From Candidatus Omnitrophota bacterium (GTDB lineage: Bacteria; Omnitrophota; Gorgyraeia; JABMRN01; RBG-13-46-9): a stretch of 64,000 nucleotides of DNA. The stretch is from the NCBI GenBank assembly GCA_013203315.1, contig JABMQJ010000016.1, positions 12,245 to 76,244 on the forward strand. Direction: 5' to 3'. Under the pieces are notes generated by a model. The model made no database searches, was not told the origin of the DNA, and saw nothing but the letters and a program-made list of their open reading frames with translations. Below are positions 29,885 to 38,965 of this stretch, in pieces (position 1 is the stretch's first letter; every line of letters starts with the position of its first letter). The translations under genes were made by a program, and so were the position numbers.

Positions 29885-29909
29885 CTTATTGCCTACCGAA
29901 AGCTAAACC

Positions 29910-31802
29910 ATGTTCGAAGCGCTGAAGATTTATAAGGGACAGGCTATTGACCTTGAGGAGACGTATCGCACCCTGACCGAGTTCGGGTATAAGAGGGTAG
30001 AAGCGATAACCGAAGAGGGCGACTTTAGCGCAAAGGGTGAAAACATTTTCGTATTTCCCGCCACTTTTGACTATCCCATTCGGATCGAATTGTTCCACAA
30101 CGAAGTAGAAGGCATAAAAACCATCGACCCTGTATTGTACAAGGCCATATCGGACCATGAGATGGTTATTGTTCTGCCGATTAAGGGAATGCTCCGTAAG
30201 CGGAAATACAGGCCGCGTAAAATCCGCAAAGAAATCGACCCCATCGACACGTTTGTCGATATCGAGCCGTCTGATTACGTAGTCCACGTTGATTACGGTA
30301 TTGGAAAATACTTAGGCATTGAACGAATTAAGACAAAAACCGGCGCCGAAGACCATCTGGTCCTTGAGTACAAAGACGGCGACAAGTTATATGTGCCTTT
30401 TGAGGATCTGAATAAAATCCAAAAATATATTGCCTTTGCCAAAAGGGCGCCGAAACTTTATAAAATCGGAAGCCGCAAATGGTCGCAGGCCAAGGAGCGT
30501 GCCCGTAAAAGCGTTGCGAGGGTAGCGTTTGAAATTCTGGAAATTCAGGCCAAAAGAAATATGCTGAACGGGTTTTCGTATTCCGGGGATACCGACTGGC
30601 AAGGCCTTCTGGAAGAATCGTTCCCACATAAAGAAACGAAAGACCAGATTAGGGCTACCGAGGAATTAAAAAAAGACATGGAGAGAAAAAAGCCCATGGA
30701 TCGTCTCCTGTGCGGTGATGTGGGATACGGTAAAACCGAAGTGGCTTTGAGAGCCGCATTCAAGGCTGTTATGGACAATAAGCAGGTGGCAATTCTCGTT
30801 CCTACTACGATTTTAGCCGAGCAACACTATATAACTTTCAAAGGGCGCATGAAGGAGTTTCCCGTAAATATCGCGATGCTAAGCAGATTTAGAACAAAGG
30901 GCGAGCAAGATGTTGTTGTTGAGGACCTGCGCTGTGGCAGGGTAGATATTGTGGTCGGAACGCATAGGCTGCTTTCAAAAGACGTAAGCTTTGGCGACTT
31001 GGGGCTTGTTATAATCGATGAGGAGCAGCGCTTCGGCGTAAAACACAAAGAAGAACTAAAGAGGCTTCGGCTTGTTGTCGATGTTCTAACACTTACCGCT
31101 ACACCCATTCCGCGCACGTTATATCTTGCGCTCATGGGCGGAAGAGACATATCCGTTATCGATACGCCGCCGCTTGAAAGGCACCCCATCCAGACGCACA
31201 TAACAGAGTTTGACGAGCAACTCGTAAAAAAATCCATAAAGCGTGAAATAGCAAGAAAGGGCCAAGTATATTTTATTCACAATAGGGTCCAGGGCATAGA
31301 AAAAGTATGCCAGCGTTTGAGGGGGATGCTGCCGGATATACGCATTACAATCGCACACGGCCAGATGAAAGAAAAAGAGCTGGAAAAAACAATGGGCGAG
31401 TTCATAAAAGGAAATATCGATGTTCTTGTCTGCACTACAATTATAGAATCCGGGATAGATATACCGAACGCAAATACAATTCTTATTAATAACGCTGACA
31501 GATTTGGGCTTGCAGATCTATATCAATTGCGCGGTAGGGTCGGGAGGTTCACAAGGCGCGCATTTTGTTACCTCATAGTAAACCATATTCAAACCCTGAC
31601 GGGCGATGTTCAAAGGCGGCTTAATACAATAACGAAATATCAAGAGCTGGGGTCCGGCTTCAAAATCGCTATGCAGGACCTGGAGATCCGGGGTGCCGGC
31701 AATCTCCTGGGCACCCAGCAGCACGGCTTCATTGACAGTGTCGGCTTCGACCTTTACTGCCGCCTCCTCCGCGACGCCATCAGCGCGGTCAAAGCAAAGT
31801 AA
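29910..31802 (+). CDS. mfd: Compact transcription-repair coupling factor (630 aa)
   Basis: UvrB-like D2, RID (VVHVDYGIGKY), GDVGYGKTEVA, DEEQRFG, TATPIPRT, QLRGRVGR, DLEIRGAGNLLG; no C-terminal TRCF domain. Confidence 0.92.
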   Translation: MFEALKIYKGQAIDLEETYRTLTEFGYKRVEAITEEGDFSAKGENIFVFPATFDYPIRIELFHNEVEGIKTIDPVLYKAISDHEMVIVLPIKGMLRKRKYRPRKIRKEIDPIDTFVDIEPSDYVVHVDYGIGKYLGIERIKTKTGAEDHLVLEYKDGDKLYVPFEDLNKIQKYIAFAKRAPKLYKIGSRKWSQAKERARKSVARVAFEILEIQAKRNMLNGFSYSGDTDWQGLLEESFPHKETKDQIRATEELKKDMERKKPMDRLLCGDVGYGKTEVALRAAFKAVMDNKQVAILVPTTILAEQHYITFKGRMKEFPVNIAMLSRFRTKGEQDVVVEDLRCGRVDIVVGTHRLLSKDVSFGDLGLVIIDEEQRFGVKHKEELKRLRLVVDVLTLTATPIPRTLYLALMGGRDISVIDTPPLERHPIQTHITEFDEQLVKKSIKREIARKGQVYFIHNRVQGIEKVCQRLRGMLPDIRITIAHGQMKEKELEKTMGEFIKGNIDVLVCTTIIESGIDIPNANTILINNADRFGLADLYQLRGRVGRFTRRAFCYLIVNHIQTLTGDVQRRLNTITKYQELGSGFKIAMQDLEIRGAGNLLGTQQHGFIDSVGFDLYCRLLRDAISAVKAK

Positions 31803-31876
31803 ATCTTTCTCTTTATAAGAAGCAAGAGACGTAATTCCTTTCCTCGCAACCAGAAGCTTGTGCGGCATGCTATATT

Positions 31877-32045
31877 CTAACGAATGAGAGAGTATGGGCG
31901 TGAGGCTTTTTTGTGCGGTCTTGTAGGAGACCCTTTCTTTCCGCAATAATAAATATAAACATACACCTTACTACAATTTTTTGAAGAAGAAAGGGCTCCG
32001 TCGTTAAGTACCAAGCCGCACGCCAATACTCTCTCATTCCGTTAG
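31877..32045. repeat. Dispersed ~160-bp hairpin element, copy 1
   Basis: Arms GAATGAGAGAGTATGGGCGTGAGGCTT (31882-31908) and AAGCCGCACGCCAATACTCTCTCATTC (32013-32039); core shared with copies at 56157 and 63880. Confidence 0.93.
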
Positions 32046-32076
32046 TTTTTATCTCAATCTTTTAAGGCATTTAGGC

Positions 32077-32105
32077 TTGCATATAAGAGAGTATTATGAT
32101 ATATT
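32077..32105 (+). promoter_or_regulatory. Promoter of the PPIase operon (probably leaderless)
   Basis: TTGCAT-17 bp-TATATT with TG extension; ATG 7 nt downstream. Confidence 0.55.
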
Positions 32106-32112
32106 TAGTGTC

Positions 32113-32991
32113 ATGAAAAGAAACATAATTTCGCTGATATTCGCTGTCTATCTTGTAGCGCTTTTTGCGGGCGGGTGTGGTAGCCGCGGAGACAATGAGG
32201 TGTTGGCGCGTATTGACAATAAACGCACTATTACTGTCGGCGATTTCAATAATAGAATCAAGCAGCTACCCGAGCGTTACCAGGAAGTTATAAATCAAAA
32301 CAAGAAGGCTTTTTTGGATGAGCTTATCGTAGACGCTGTATTGCATAAAGAAGCCTTAAAGCAAAAAGTGTACGAAAACGAAGAAGTTAAGGAAATGATC
32401 GGTGAGGCCACGAAAAAGATTTTAATTGCGCGCTTATTAAAAGAGGAAGTCGGCGATAAAGTTACGGTAACCGAAGAAGAGGTTGAGACTTACTACGGCG
32501 AGAACAGGGAGCAGTTTACAGCGCCTGAGTTGCTACGCGCTTCTCATATTCTTGTAAAAACCGAGAAGGAAGCCAAGGGCATTTTGGCAGAACTGGCAAA
32601 CGGCAGAAATTTTGAAGACCTGGCAAAGGCGCGTTCAATAGATTCTTCGGCTAAAAACGGTGGCGATATCGGTTCTTTCACCAGGCAGCAGCTGGTGCCG
32701 GAATTCGAAGAGGCCAGTTTTAGCTTGCAGGTCGGTGAAATATCAGGTATCGTGAAGACAAAATTCGGATACCATATCATCAAGCTTACAGAGCGAAAAG
32801 AGCCACGCGTAAAAGAACTTGCCGAGGTACACGCTGCAATCGAACAATCTTTCAAAAGGCATAAAGGCAAGCAGCGTTTTACCGAATTCGTAAAAGACCT
32901 TAAAGAGAAATCCAAAATAACCATCAATACAGACCTCCTAGAAAACATATCCCAGGAAGAAGAATCCCCTAAAGAAAAACCCGAAGAATAA
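32113..32991 (+). CDS. Parvulin (PpiC-type) PPIase / PrsA-like lipoprotein
   Basis: Lipobox-like FAGGC, ASHILV, SAKNGGDIG, KTKFGYHII. Confidence 0.88.
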   Translation: MKRNIISLIFAVYLVALFAGGCGSRGDNEVLARIDNKRTITVGDFNNRIKQLPERYQEVINQNKKAFLDELIVDAVLHKEALKQKVYENEEVKEMIGEATKKILIARLLKEEVGDKVTVTEEEVETYYGENREQFTAPELLRASHILVKTEKEAKGILAELANGRNFEDLAKARSIDSSAKNGGDIGSFTRQQLVPEFEEASFSLQVGEISGIVKTKFGYHIIKLTERKEPRVKELAEVHAAIEQSFKRHKGKQRFTEFVKDLKEKSKITINTDLLENISQEEESPKEKPEE

Positions 32992-32994
32992 GAC

Positions 32995-33969
32995 ATGCCA
33001 GAAAGAGCACGGTTCGTTTTTAGTAAAGTGACGCTTGTGTTTGTAGCGGCGTTTTTATTCTGCGCGGCTCCATCCGCGTTCACTGAAGTGGTAGACAAGA
33101 TACTTGTTATCGTAAACGATGAAATTATCACGCAGGGTGAAGTGGACAGGATCCTGATACCCATATATATTCAATACAAAAATTTGTACAGTGGACAGGA
33201 ACTCACAGAAAAACTTGATGAGGTGAGGAGTAATGTCGTTTCCAGGCTCGTCCAGGATATGCTTCTCTTGTCCGAAGCAAAAAAAAGAGAAGTAGTGGTT
33301 ACAGACGAAGAAGTTGAGCAAAGGATTGAGGAAATTAAGAAAAATTTTTCGAGCGAAGAGGAGTTTGAACGGGCCCTCGCAGCAGAAGATATAGCCCTGG
33401 GGTCCCTTAAAAAGAAGCATAGAGAGCGAATCATGATAGATAAGATCATAGACGCAGAAATCAGGCATAAGATTTCGGTTTCACCAAGCGAGCTCGTGGA
33501 ATTTTACGAAACTAATAAAGAAAAATTTCGTGAACCGCAAAAAGTAAAAGTGAAATCCATCCTCATAAAGGTAAGCGAGGAACGCCCGGAAAAAAAATCG
33601 CTGAAACTGGCAAAAACGGTTTTGCGTAGACTTAAGGAAGGCGGTGATTTTGGGCTACTGGCAAAAGAATATTCAGACGGACCGTATGCGGAATCCGGCG
33701 GCCAAATGGGATGGGTGAGAGAAGGGGAGCTAATGGACAAGTTGAACGACCTCGTTTTTAGCCTGGATGAAAACGAGACGTCAGGTATTTTAAAAACAAA
33801 ATTGGGGTTTCATATATTTCTGGTTGAGGAAAAAGAGCCGTCTAGTACCATGGACTTTAACAAGGCAAAGCCCAGAGTTGAGCAGATTACGCTCAACAAA
33901 AAAATACAGGACAAGCTTGGGCAATGGATAGAGAGCCTGAAAAAGGATGCATACATCGCGTTTAGGTAA
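32995..33969 (+). CDS. surA: SurA-like chaperone/PPIase
   Basis: Signal peptide, VVDKILVIVNDEIIT, LAKEYS...GGQMGW, GFHIF; upstream of pdxA-rsmA. Confidence 0.85.
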   Translation: MPERARFVFSKVTLVFVAAFLFCAAPSAFTEVVDKILVIVNDEIITQGEVDRILIPIYIQYKNLYSGQELTEKLDEVRSNVVSRLVQDMLLLSEAKKREVVVTDEEVEQRIEEIKKNFSSEEEFERALAAEDIALGSLKKKHRERIMIDKIIDAEIRHKISVSPSELVEFYETNKEKFREPQKVKVKSILIKVSEERPEKKSLKLAKTVLRRLKEGGDFGLLAKEYSDGPYAESGGQMGWVREGELMDKLNDLVFSLDENETSGILKTKLGFHIFLVEEKEPSSTMDFNKAKPRVEQITLNKKIQDKLGQWIESLKKDAYIAFR

Positions 33970-34984
33970 AAAACTTGTTGTCATAACATCCGGTGACCCT
34001 GCAGGAATCGGTCCGGAAATAATCCTAAAATCACTTGCCGGTTTTTCGTCTTCCAAAAAAATACGCCAGCCTTTCGGTGCAAGCCACGCATTCACTCCGC
34101 TCGTTATAGGCGACTACAAGGTGTTTCAAAGGATTGCGAAAATATCTAAAATCGACATTTCTTCAATTCTACCCAGGCGGCCTGGAAATTTCGGAATAAA
34201 AGAAGGCCTTATTAATTTTATAGACCTGAGGAATGTTCCCCGCGGCAAAATATTTTTTGGAAAAACGAATAAGATTTACGGCAAAGCCGCAATGGAATAC
34301 GTTTCATGCGGCGCTTTGATTGCCAGGTCATTTAAGGGCGCATCCCTTGTAACTGCTCCTATCAATAAGGCGTCAATAGCAAAAGCGGGTTTTAGTTTCG
34401 CCGGGCACACAGAGTTCCTTTCGCATGTTACGAAATCAAAAAAAGTTACAATGATGTTAGTCGGAGGCCCATTACGGGTGAGCCTTGTTTCCAGGCACGT
34501 CGCGATTAAAAACGTAGCAAAATCCATTACAAAAACCGAAATCGTAAAAACACTCCAAAATACCAGCTATGCGCTTAAAAAGTTTTTCAAAATATCTTGC
34601 CCGAAAATTGGCATCGCGGGCCTTAATCCTCACGCAGGTGAGTCCGGAGTTTTGGGGCAGGAGGAAAGAACCGTCATATCTCCGGCCGTAACCTATGTGA
34701 AAAAGAAAATAAAAAATTCAAAATTCATAGGGCCTCTCCCGGCAGATACGCTTTTTTACAAGGCATACAGGGGCGACCTTGATGCCGTTTGCTGCATGTA
34801 TCATGACCAGGGACTCATACCCCTTAAAATGGTGGCATTTGAAAAAGGGGTGAACCTTACAATAGGCCTTCCATTTATCCGCACATCCCCGGATCACGGT
34901 ACGGGATTTGATATTGCCGGACGCGACAAGGCAAACCCGTCCTCCATGATCGAGGCGATAAAACTGGCGGTCGAGTTGTGCTGA
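33947..34984 (+). CDS. pdxA: 4-hydroxythreonine-4-phosphate dehydrogenase
   Basis: GDPAGIGPE, GHTE, LNPHAGE, MYHDQG, RTSPDHGT. Confidence 0.96.
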   Translation: MHTSRLGKKLVVITSGDPAGIGPEIILKSLAGFSSSKKIRQPFGASHAFTPLVIGDYKVFQRIAKISKIDISSILPRRPGNFGIKEGLINFIDLRNVPRGKIFFGKTNKIYGKAAMEYVSCGALIARSFKGASLVTAPINKASIAKAGFSFAGHTEFLSHVTKSKKVTMMLVGGPLRVSLVSRHVAIKNVAKSITKTEIVKTLQNTSYALKKFFKISCPKIGIAGLNPHAGESGVLGQEERTVISPAVTYVKKKIKNSKFIGPLPADTLFYKAYRGDLDAVCCMYHDQGLIPLKMVAFEKGVNLTIGLPFIRTSPDHGTGFDIAGRDKANPSSMIEAIKLAVELC

Positions 34985-35802
34985 CGAAAACGGAACTAAA
35001 AACGCTTTGGGGCAAACACGATTTTAGACCGATTAAGCGCCTGGGCCAAAACTTCCTCATTGATAAAAACATAAAAGAAAAAATTTTAAACAATATAGAG
35101 CTTGAGTCCGACGACATCGTTATAGAAATAGGTGCGGGGTTTGCCGAAATCACTTTAGACTTAGCAGGGCGGGCAAAAAAAGTTTTTGCTTTTGAAAAAG
35201 ACAAAAAAATCGTTGCTATTCTTAAGGGCGCATTCTCCTTACCCTCCAACATTACGCTACTTCAAGAAGATTTCCTGGATGCTGATATAAAGAAAATTGC
35301 CCCGTGCGGGAAAATAGTTGTCTACGGAAATATACCATATTTTGTAACGAGCCCCATAATTGAAAAACTGATAAAAAACATTTCGTTAATAAAAGACATA
35401 TATCTTCTCATGCAGCGGGAGGTTGCGGATCGGATTATGGCTGTACCCGGCTCAAGAGAAATCGGCCGCCTTAGCTTGTATGTCCAGTACTATACCGAGC
35501 CGAAATGCGTGTTTAAAGTCGGGAAAGACGCATTTTATCCCGCGCCCAAAGTTGAATCTACTCTTTTAAGATTGGCCCCTCTGCCAAACAGGCGCGTTCG
35601 AGTTAAAGATGAAAGCGTTTTGTTTGAGATTATAAAAAAAGCCTATAGCCAGAGGCGAAAAACCATCTTAAATTCGCTTTCCGGAAAGGGTATAGAGAAA
35701 GAAAGGGTGTTAAGTTGCCTTAGAAGCGCTAATATCGATCCTTTTTCGCGCGCCGAAGACCTGTCCTTGCAGGACTTTGCGCTCTTGGCAGATACTCTTT
35801 GA
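34978..35802 (+). CDS. rsmA: 16S rRNA dimethyladenosine transferase KsgA
   Basis: LGQNFLID, EIGAG, GNIPY, FYPAPKV, QRRKT. Confidence 0.96.
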   Translation: MLTKTELKTLWGKHDFRPIKRLGQNFLIDKNIKEKILNNIELESDDIVIEIGAGFAEITLDLAGRAKKVFAFEKDKKIVAILKGAFSLPSNITLLQEDFLDADIKKIAPCGKIVVYGNIPYFVTSPIIEKLIKNISLIKDIYLLMQREVADRIMAVPGSREIGRLSLYVQYYTEPKCVFKVGKDAFYPAPKVESTLLRLAPLPNRRVRVKDESVLFEIIKKAYSQRRKTILNSLSGKGIEKERVLSCLRSANIDPFSRAEDLSLQDFALLADTL

Positions 35803-35803
35803 A

Positions 35804-35832
35804 TTGACAAACCTTATTATATATGGTAATTT
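35804..35832 (+). promoter_or_regulatory. Promoter of gatCAB (probably leaderless)
   Basis: TTGACA-17 bp-TAATTT with TG; ATG 8 nt downstream. Confidence 0.6.
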
Positions 35833-35840
35833 AATGCAAT

Positions 35841-36143
35841 ATGGCGAATACAAAAGCAATAGATAAAAAAACGGTTGAACACGTAGCCAGACTGGCGCGT
35901 GTTAATTTATCGGCGCAGGAGATAGGGATTTACAAGAAACAGTTGGCCGACATCCTGGAATATATAAACAAGTTAGGCAAGGTAGACGTTAAAAACACTC
36001 TTCCCACCAGCCACCCCATAGGGAAAATGAAAAACGTATTTAGGAAAGACAATATGAAGAAATCTCTTCCCGTAGAAGATGTTCTCCGTAACGCACCCAA
36101 TAAAAAGGACAGCCTCTTTATTGTTCCTAAAATAATCGGATAA
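35841..36143 (+). CDS. gatC: Asp/Glu-tRNA amidotransferase subunit C
   Basis: VEHVARLAR, ILEYINKL, NAP, FIVPKII. Confidence 0.95.
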   Translation: MANTKAIDKKTVEHVARLARVNLSAQEIGIYKKQLADILEYINKLGKVDVKNTLPTSHPIGKMKNVFRKDNMKKSLPVEDVLRNAPNKKDSLFIVPKIIG

Positions 36144-36144
36144 T

Positions 36145-37524
36145 ATGCATAGTAAAAAATCCATCCCAAATACGGCAAAATCTTGTTTAGACAGGATAAG
36201 CGCTATCAACGAGAAACTAAATGCGATTATCTATATTGATACGGACAAGGTGCTTAAAAACGCTCAGGAAAAACCTTCCGGCATACCCATAACTATTAAG
36301 GACAATATTTGCGTTAAGGACGAGCCAACAACATGTGCTTCAAGAATATTGGAAAATTTTAAGCCCCCTTACGATGCCACAGTTATCAAAAAGCTAAAAG
36401 ATGCAGGTTTCATCTTAATGGGAAAAGCCAATATGGACGAGTTTGCTTTCGGTTCTTCCTGCGAGACATCGTGCTACGGCCCAACCCGGAACCCCTGGGA
36501 CACAACGAGGATACCGGGCGGTTCAAGCGGCGGCTCTGCGTGCGCGGTGGCCGGAGGAGAAGTACCGATGGCTCTAGGCTCGGACACCGGAGGCTCAATC
36601 AGACAGCCCGCAGCCCTGTCAGGCATTGTGGGCATGAAACCGACGTATGGAAGGGTTTCGCGCTATGGCCTTATAGCGTTCGCCTCAAGTTTAGACCAGA
36701 TCGGACCGCTTGCCGGAAATGTGCGCGACGCGGCCATGTTGCTTAACGTAATCTCCGGCTATGATGAATTAGACTCGACGTCTGCGGATGTAGCATGCCC
36801 CGATTTTACACAATCTCTTGAAAATAACGTAAGAAAAATAAAGATAGGCGTACCAAAAGAATATTTTCCGGAAAAGGGTTTGGACGGAGAGGTTAAGAAG
36901 GCTATTCTGGAGTCAAAAGATATTTTACAAGGCCTCGGTGCCGAACTTATCGATATTAGCTTACCGCATACCGAGTATGCGGTAAGCTGCTACTATATAA
37001 TTGCACCCGCGGAAGCAAGCTCTAACCTTGCGCGTTTTGACGGGGATCAATACGGCCTACGGAAAGACGCAAAAAACATGATCGACATGCACCTTAAGAC
37101 GCGGACGGCCGGCTTCGGAGATGAAGCAAAAAGAAGAATTCTCCTCGGGACGTATTCGCTATCCAGCGGTTATTACGAGGCCTACTACTTAAAGGCGATG
37201 AAGGTTCGGACCAAGATAAAAAATGATTTTCTAGAAGCGTTTAAAACCTGCGACGTGATATTGACGCCGACAACGCCCGCTCCTGCCTTTAAAATCGGCG
37301 AAAAGATAAACGACCCCTTGGGCATGTACTTATCAGACATCTTTACGATTCCCGCAAATCTTGCAGGCATACCGGGCATATCCATACCGTGCGGCTTTAC
37401 GAAAGGTGGCCTCCCTATAGGCTTGCAGCTTCTCGGCAAGCCCTTTGACGAAGAAACTCTCTTCAGGGTTGCGTACGCGTTTGAACAGAATACGGAATTT
37501 CATAAACGAAAACCGAATATTTAA
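36145..37524 (+). CDS. gatA: Amidotransferase subunit A
   Basis: IKDN, NMDEFAFGSS, GGSSGGS, GSDTGGSIRQPA, SSNLARFDG. Confidence 0.97.
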   Translation: MHSKKSIPNTAKSCLDRISAINEKLNAIIYIDTDKVLKNAQEKPSGIPITIKDNICVKDEPTTCASRILENFKPPYDATVIKKLKDAGFILMGKANMDEFAFGSSCETSCYGPTRNPWDTTRIPGGSSGGSACAVAGGEVPMALGSDTGGSIRQPAALSGIVGMKPTYGRVSRYGLIAFASSLDQIGPLAGNVRDAAMLLNVISGYDELDSTSADVACPDFTQSLENNVRKIKIGVPKEYFPEKGLDGEVKKAILESKDILQGLGAELIDISLPHTEYAVSCYYIIAPAEASSNLARFDGDQYGLRKDAKNMIDMHLKTRTAGFGDEAKRRILLGTYSLSSGYYEAYYLKAMKVRTKIKNDFLEAFKTCDVILTPTTPAPAFKIGEKINDPLGMYLSDIFTIPANLAGIPGISIPCGFTKGGLPIGLQLLGKPFDEETLFRVAYAFEQNTEFHKRKPNI

Positions 37525-37525
37525 A

Positions 37526-38962
37526 ATGAAAAACTACGAAGTGGTCATAGGCCTGGAAGCACATGTTCATCTTTTAACGGAGAGTAAGGCATTCTGCGGA
37601 TGCAGCACAAAATTTGGTTTAGAGCCCAATAGCTCAACGTGCCCTGTTTGTCTTGGCCTACCCGGATCATTGCCGGTCTTGAATGAGAAAGCATTTCTTT
37701 ACGCGATAAAAACAGCGCTTGCGTTGCATTGCAAGATTCAGAATTTAATAAAATTCGACAGAAAAAATTATTATTACCCCGATCTACCTAAAAATTATCA
37801 AATATCACAATACGATATGCCCCTTGCCTATGACGGCGTAATCGAGATCGAAAGCCAAGAGAGTAAAAAGAAAATACGCGTCAAGCGCGTGCACTTAGAG
37901 GAGGATGCCGGCAAGCTAATGCATGAGGCGGAAAAAGGCGTAAGCTACGTGGATTTCAATAGGGCCGGGGTTGCGCTTTTGGAAATCGTAAGCGAACCGG
38001 ACATACATTCTCCCGAAGATGCAAGCGCATATCTGGTAAACTTAAAAGCTATTTTAAAATATTTAAAAGTGTCGGATTGCAACATGGAAGAGGGCAGCTT
38101 AAGGTGTGACGCCAACATATCCGTAAGGCCCGAAGGCGCAAAGGCTCTCGGCGTAAAAGCAGAACTTAAAAATATGAATTCGTTTAAGGCCGTAAGAGAC
38201 GCCCTCTCTTACGAAGCCAAGAGGCAGATTGACCTGCTTGCCGCGGGTGAAAAGATACAGCAGGAGACGCGTCTCTGGAATGAGGCTCGTGGGCTAACAA
38301 TAGCCATGAGATCAAAAGAGGATACCCAGGATTACCGCTATTTTCCCGAGCCCGACCTGGTCCCGTTTACTGTCGACAAGAACAAAATAGACCAGATCAT
38401 GCGTTCGCTACCCGAGCTTCCACAGGCTAAAAAAAAGCGTTTTATTTCCGACTATTCCGTAAGCGAATACGATGCTCGCGTATTAACTCGCGAAGCTGAT
38501 GTATCGGATTTTTTCGAAGCAACAATAAAGACATACAATAACCCCAAGGAAATAGCGAATTGGCTCTTGGGTGACATTGCTTCGCTTCTGAATGCGCGTA
38601 AGGTTTCAATCGCCAAGACAAAGCTCAAGCCCGGGCACCTCGCCGAGATGCTCGAAATGATTCACTCCGAAGAGATAAGCGGCAAGATTGCAAAGGAAGT
38701 TCTGCCGGAAGTTTTTGAGAACGGCTTATCGCCGAAAGAAATAGTGCGACAAAAAGGCCTTAAGCAGATAAAGGATAGCGGAGAGCTTACCTCGATAATC
38801 GAGCTCGTAATAAAAGAAAATGAAAAATCCACAAATGACTACAAGGCGGGCAAAAAAAATGCACTAATGTTTCTTGTGGGGCAGGTAATGAAAAAAACAA
38901 AGGGTAAGGCAAACCCAAAAATTTTAAACAACATTCTCAAAAATATGTTGGGAGGAAAGTAA
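37526..38962 (+). CDS. gatB: Amidotransferase subunit B
   Basis: IGLEAH, FDRKNYYYPDLPK, HLEEDAGK, YRYFPEPDL. Confidence 0.97.
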   Translation: MKNYEVVIGLEAHVHLLTESKAFCGCSTKFGLEPNSSTCPVCLGLPGSLPVLNEKAFLYAIKTALALHCKIQNLIKFDRKNYYYPDLPKNYQISQYDMPLAYDGVIEIESQESKKKIRVKRVHLEEDAGKLMHEAEKGVSYVDFNRAGVALLEIVSEPDIHSPEDASAYLVNLKAILKYLKVSDCNMEEGSLRCDANISVRPEGAKALGVKAELKNMNSFKAVRDALSYEAKRQIDLLAAGEKIQQETRLWNEARGLTIAMRSKEDTQDYRYFPEPDLVPFTVDKNKIDQIMRSLPELPQAKKKRFISDYSVSEYDARVLTREADVSDFFEATIKTYNNPKEIANWLLGDIASLLNARKVSIAKTKLKPGHLAEMLEMIHSEEISGKIAKEVLPEVFENGLSPKEIVRQKGLKQIKDSGELTSIIELVIKENEKSTNDYKAGKKNALMFLVGQVMKKTKGKANPKILNNILKNMLGGK

Positions 38963-38965
38963 GGC

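Noticed and set aside
31877-32045. Integron attC site (CTAAC...GTTAG ends on copy 1)
   Set aside because: The AAC/GTT ends are not kept in copies 2 and 3, flanks are housekeeping genes, and there is no integrase or cassette array
31803-32112. Frameshifted remainder of Mfd (TRCF domain)
   Set aside because: Only ~310 bp, occupied by the repeat and a promoter; no TRCF-like sequence recognised
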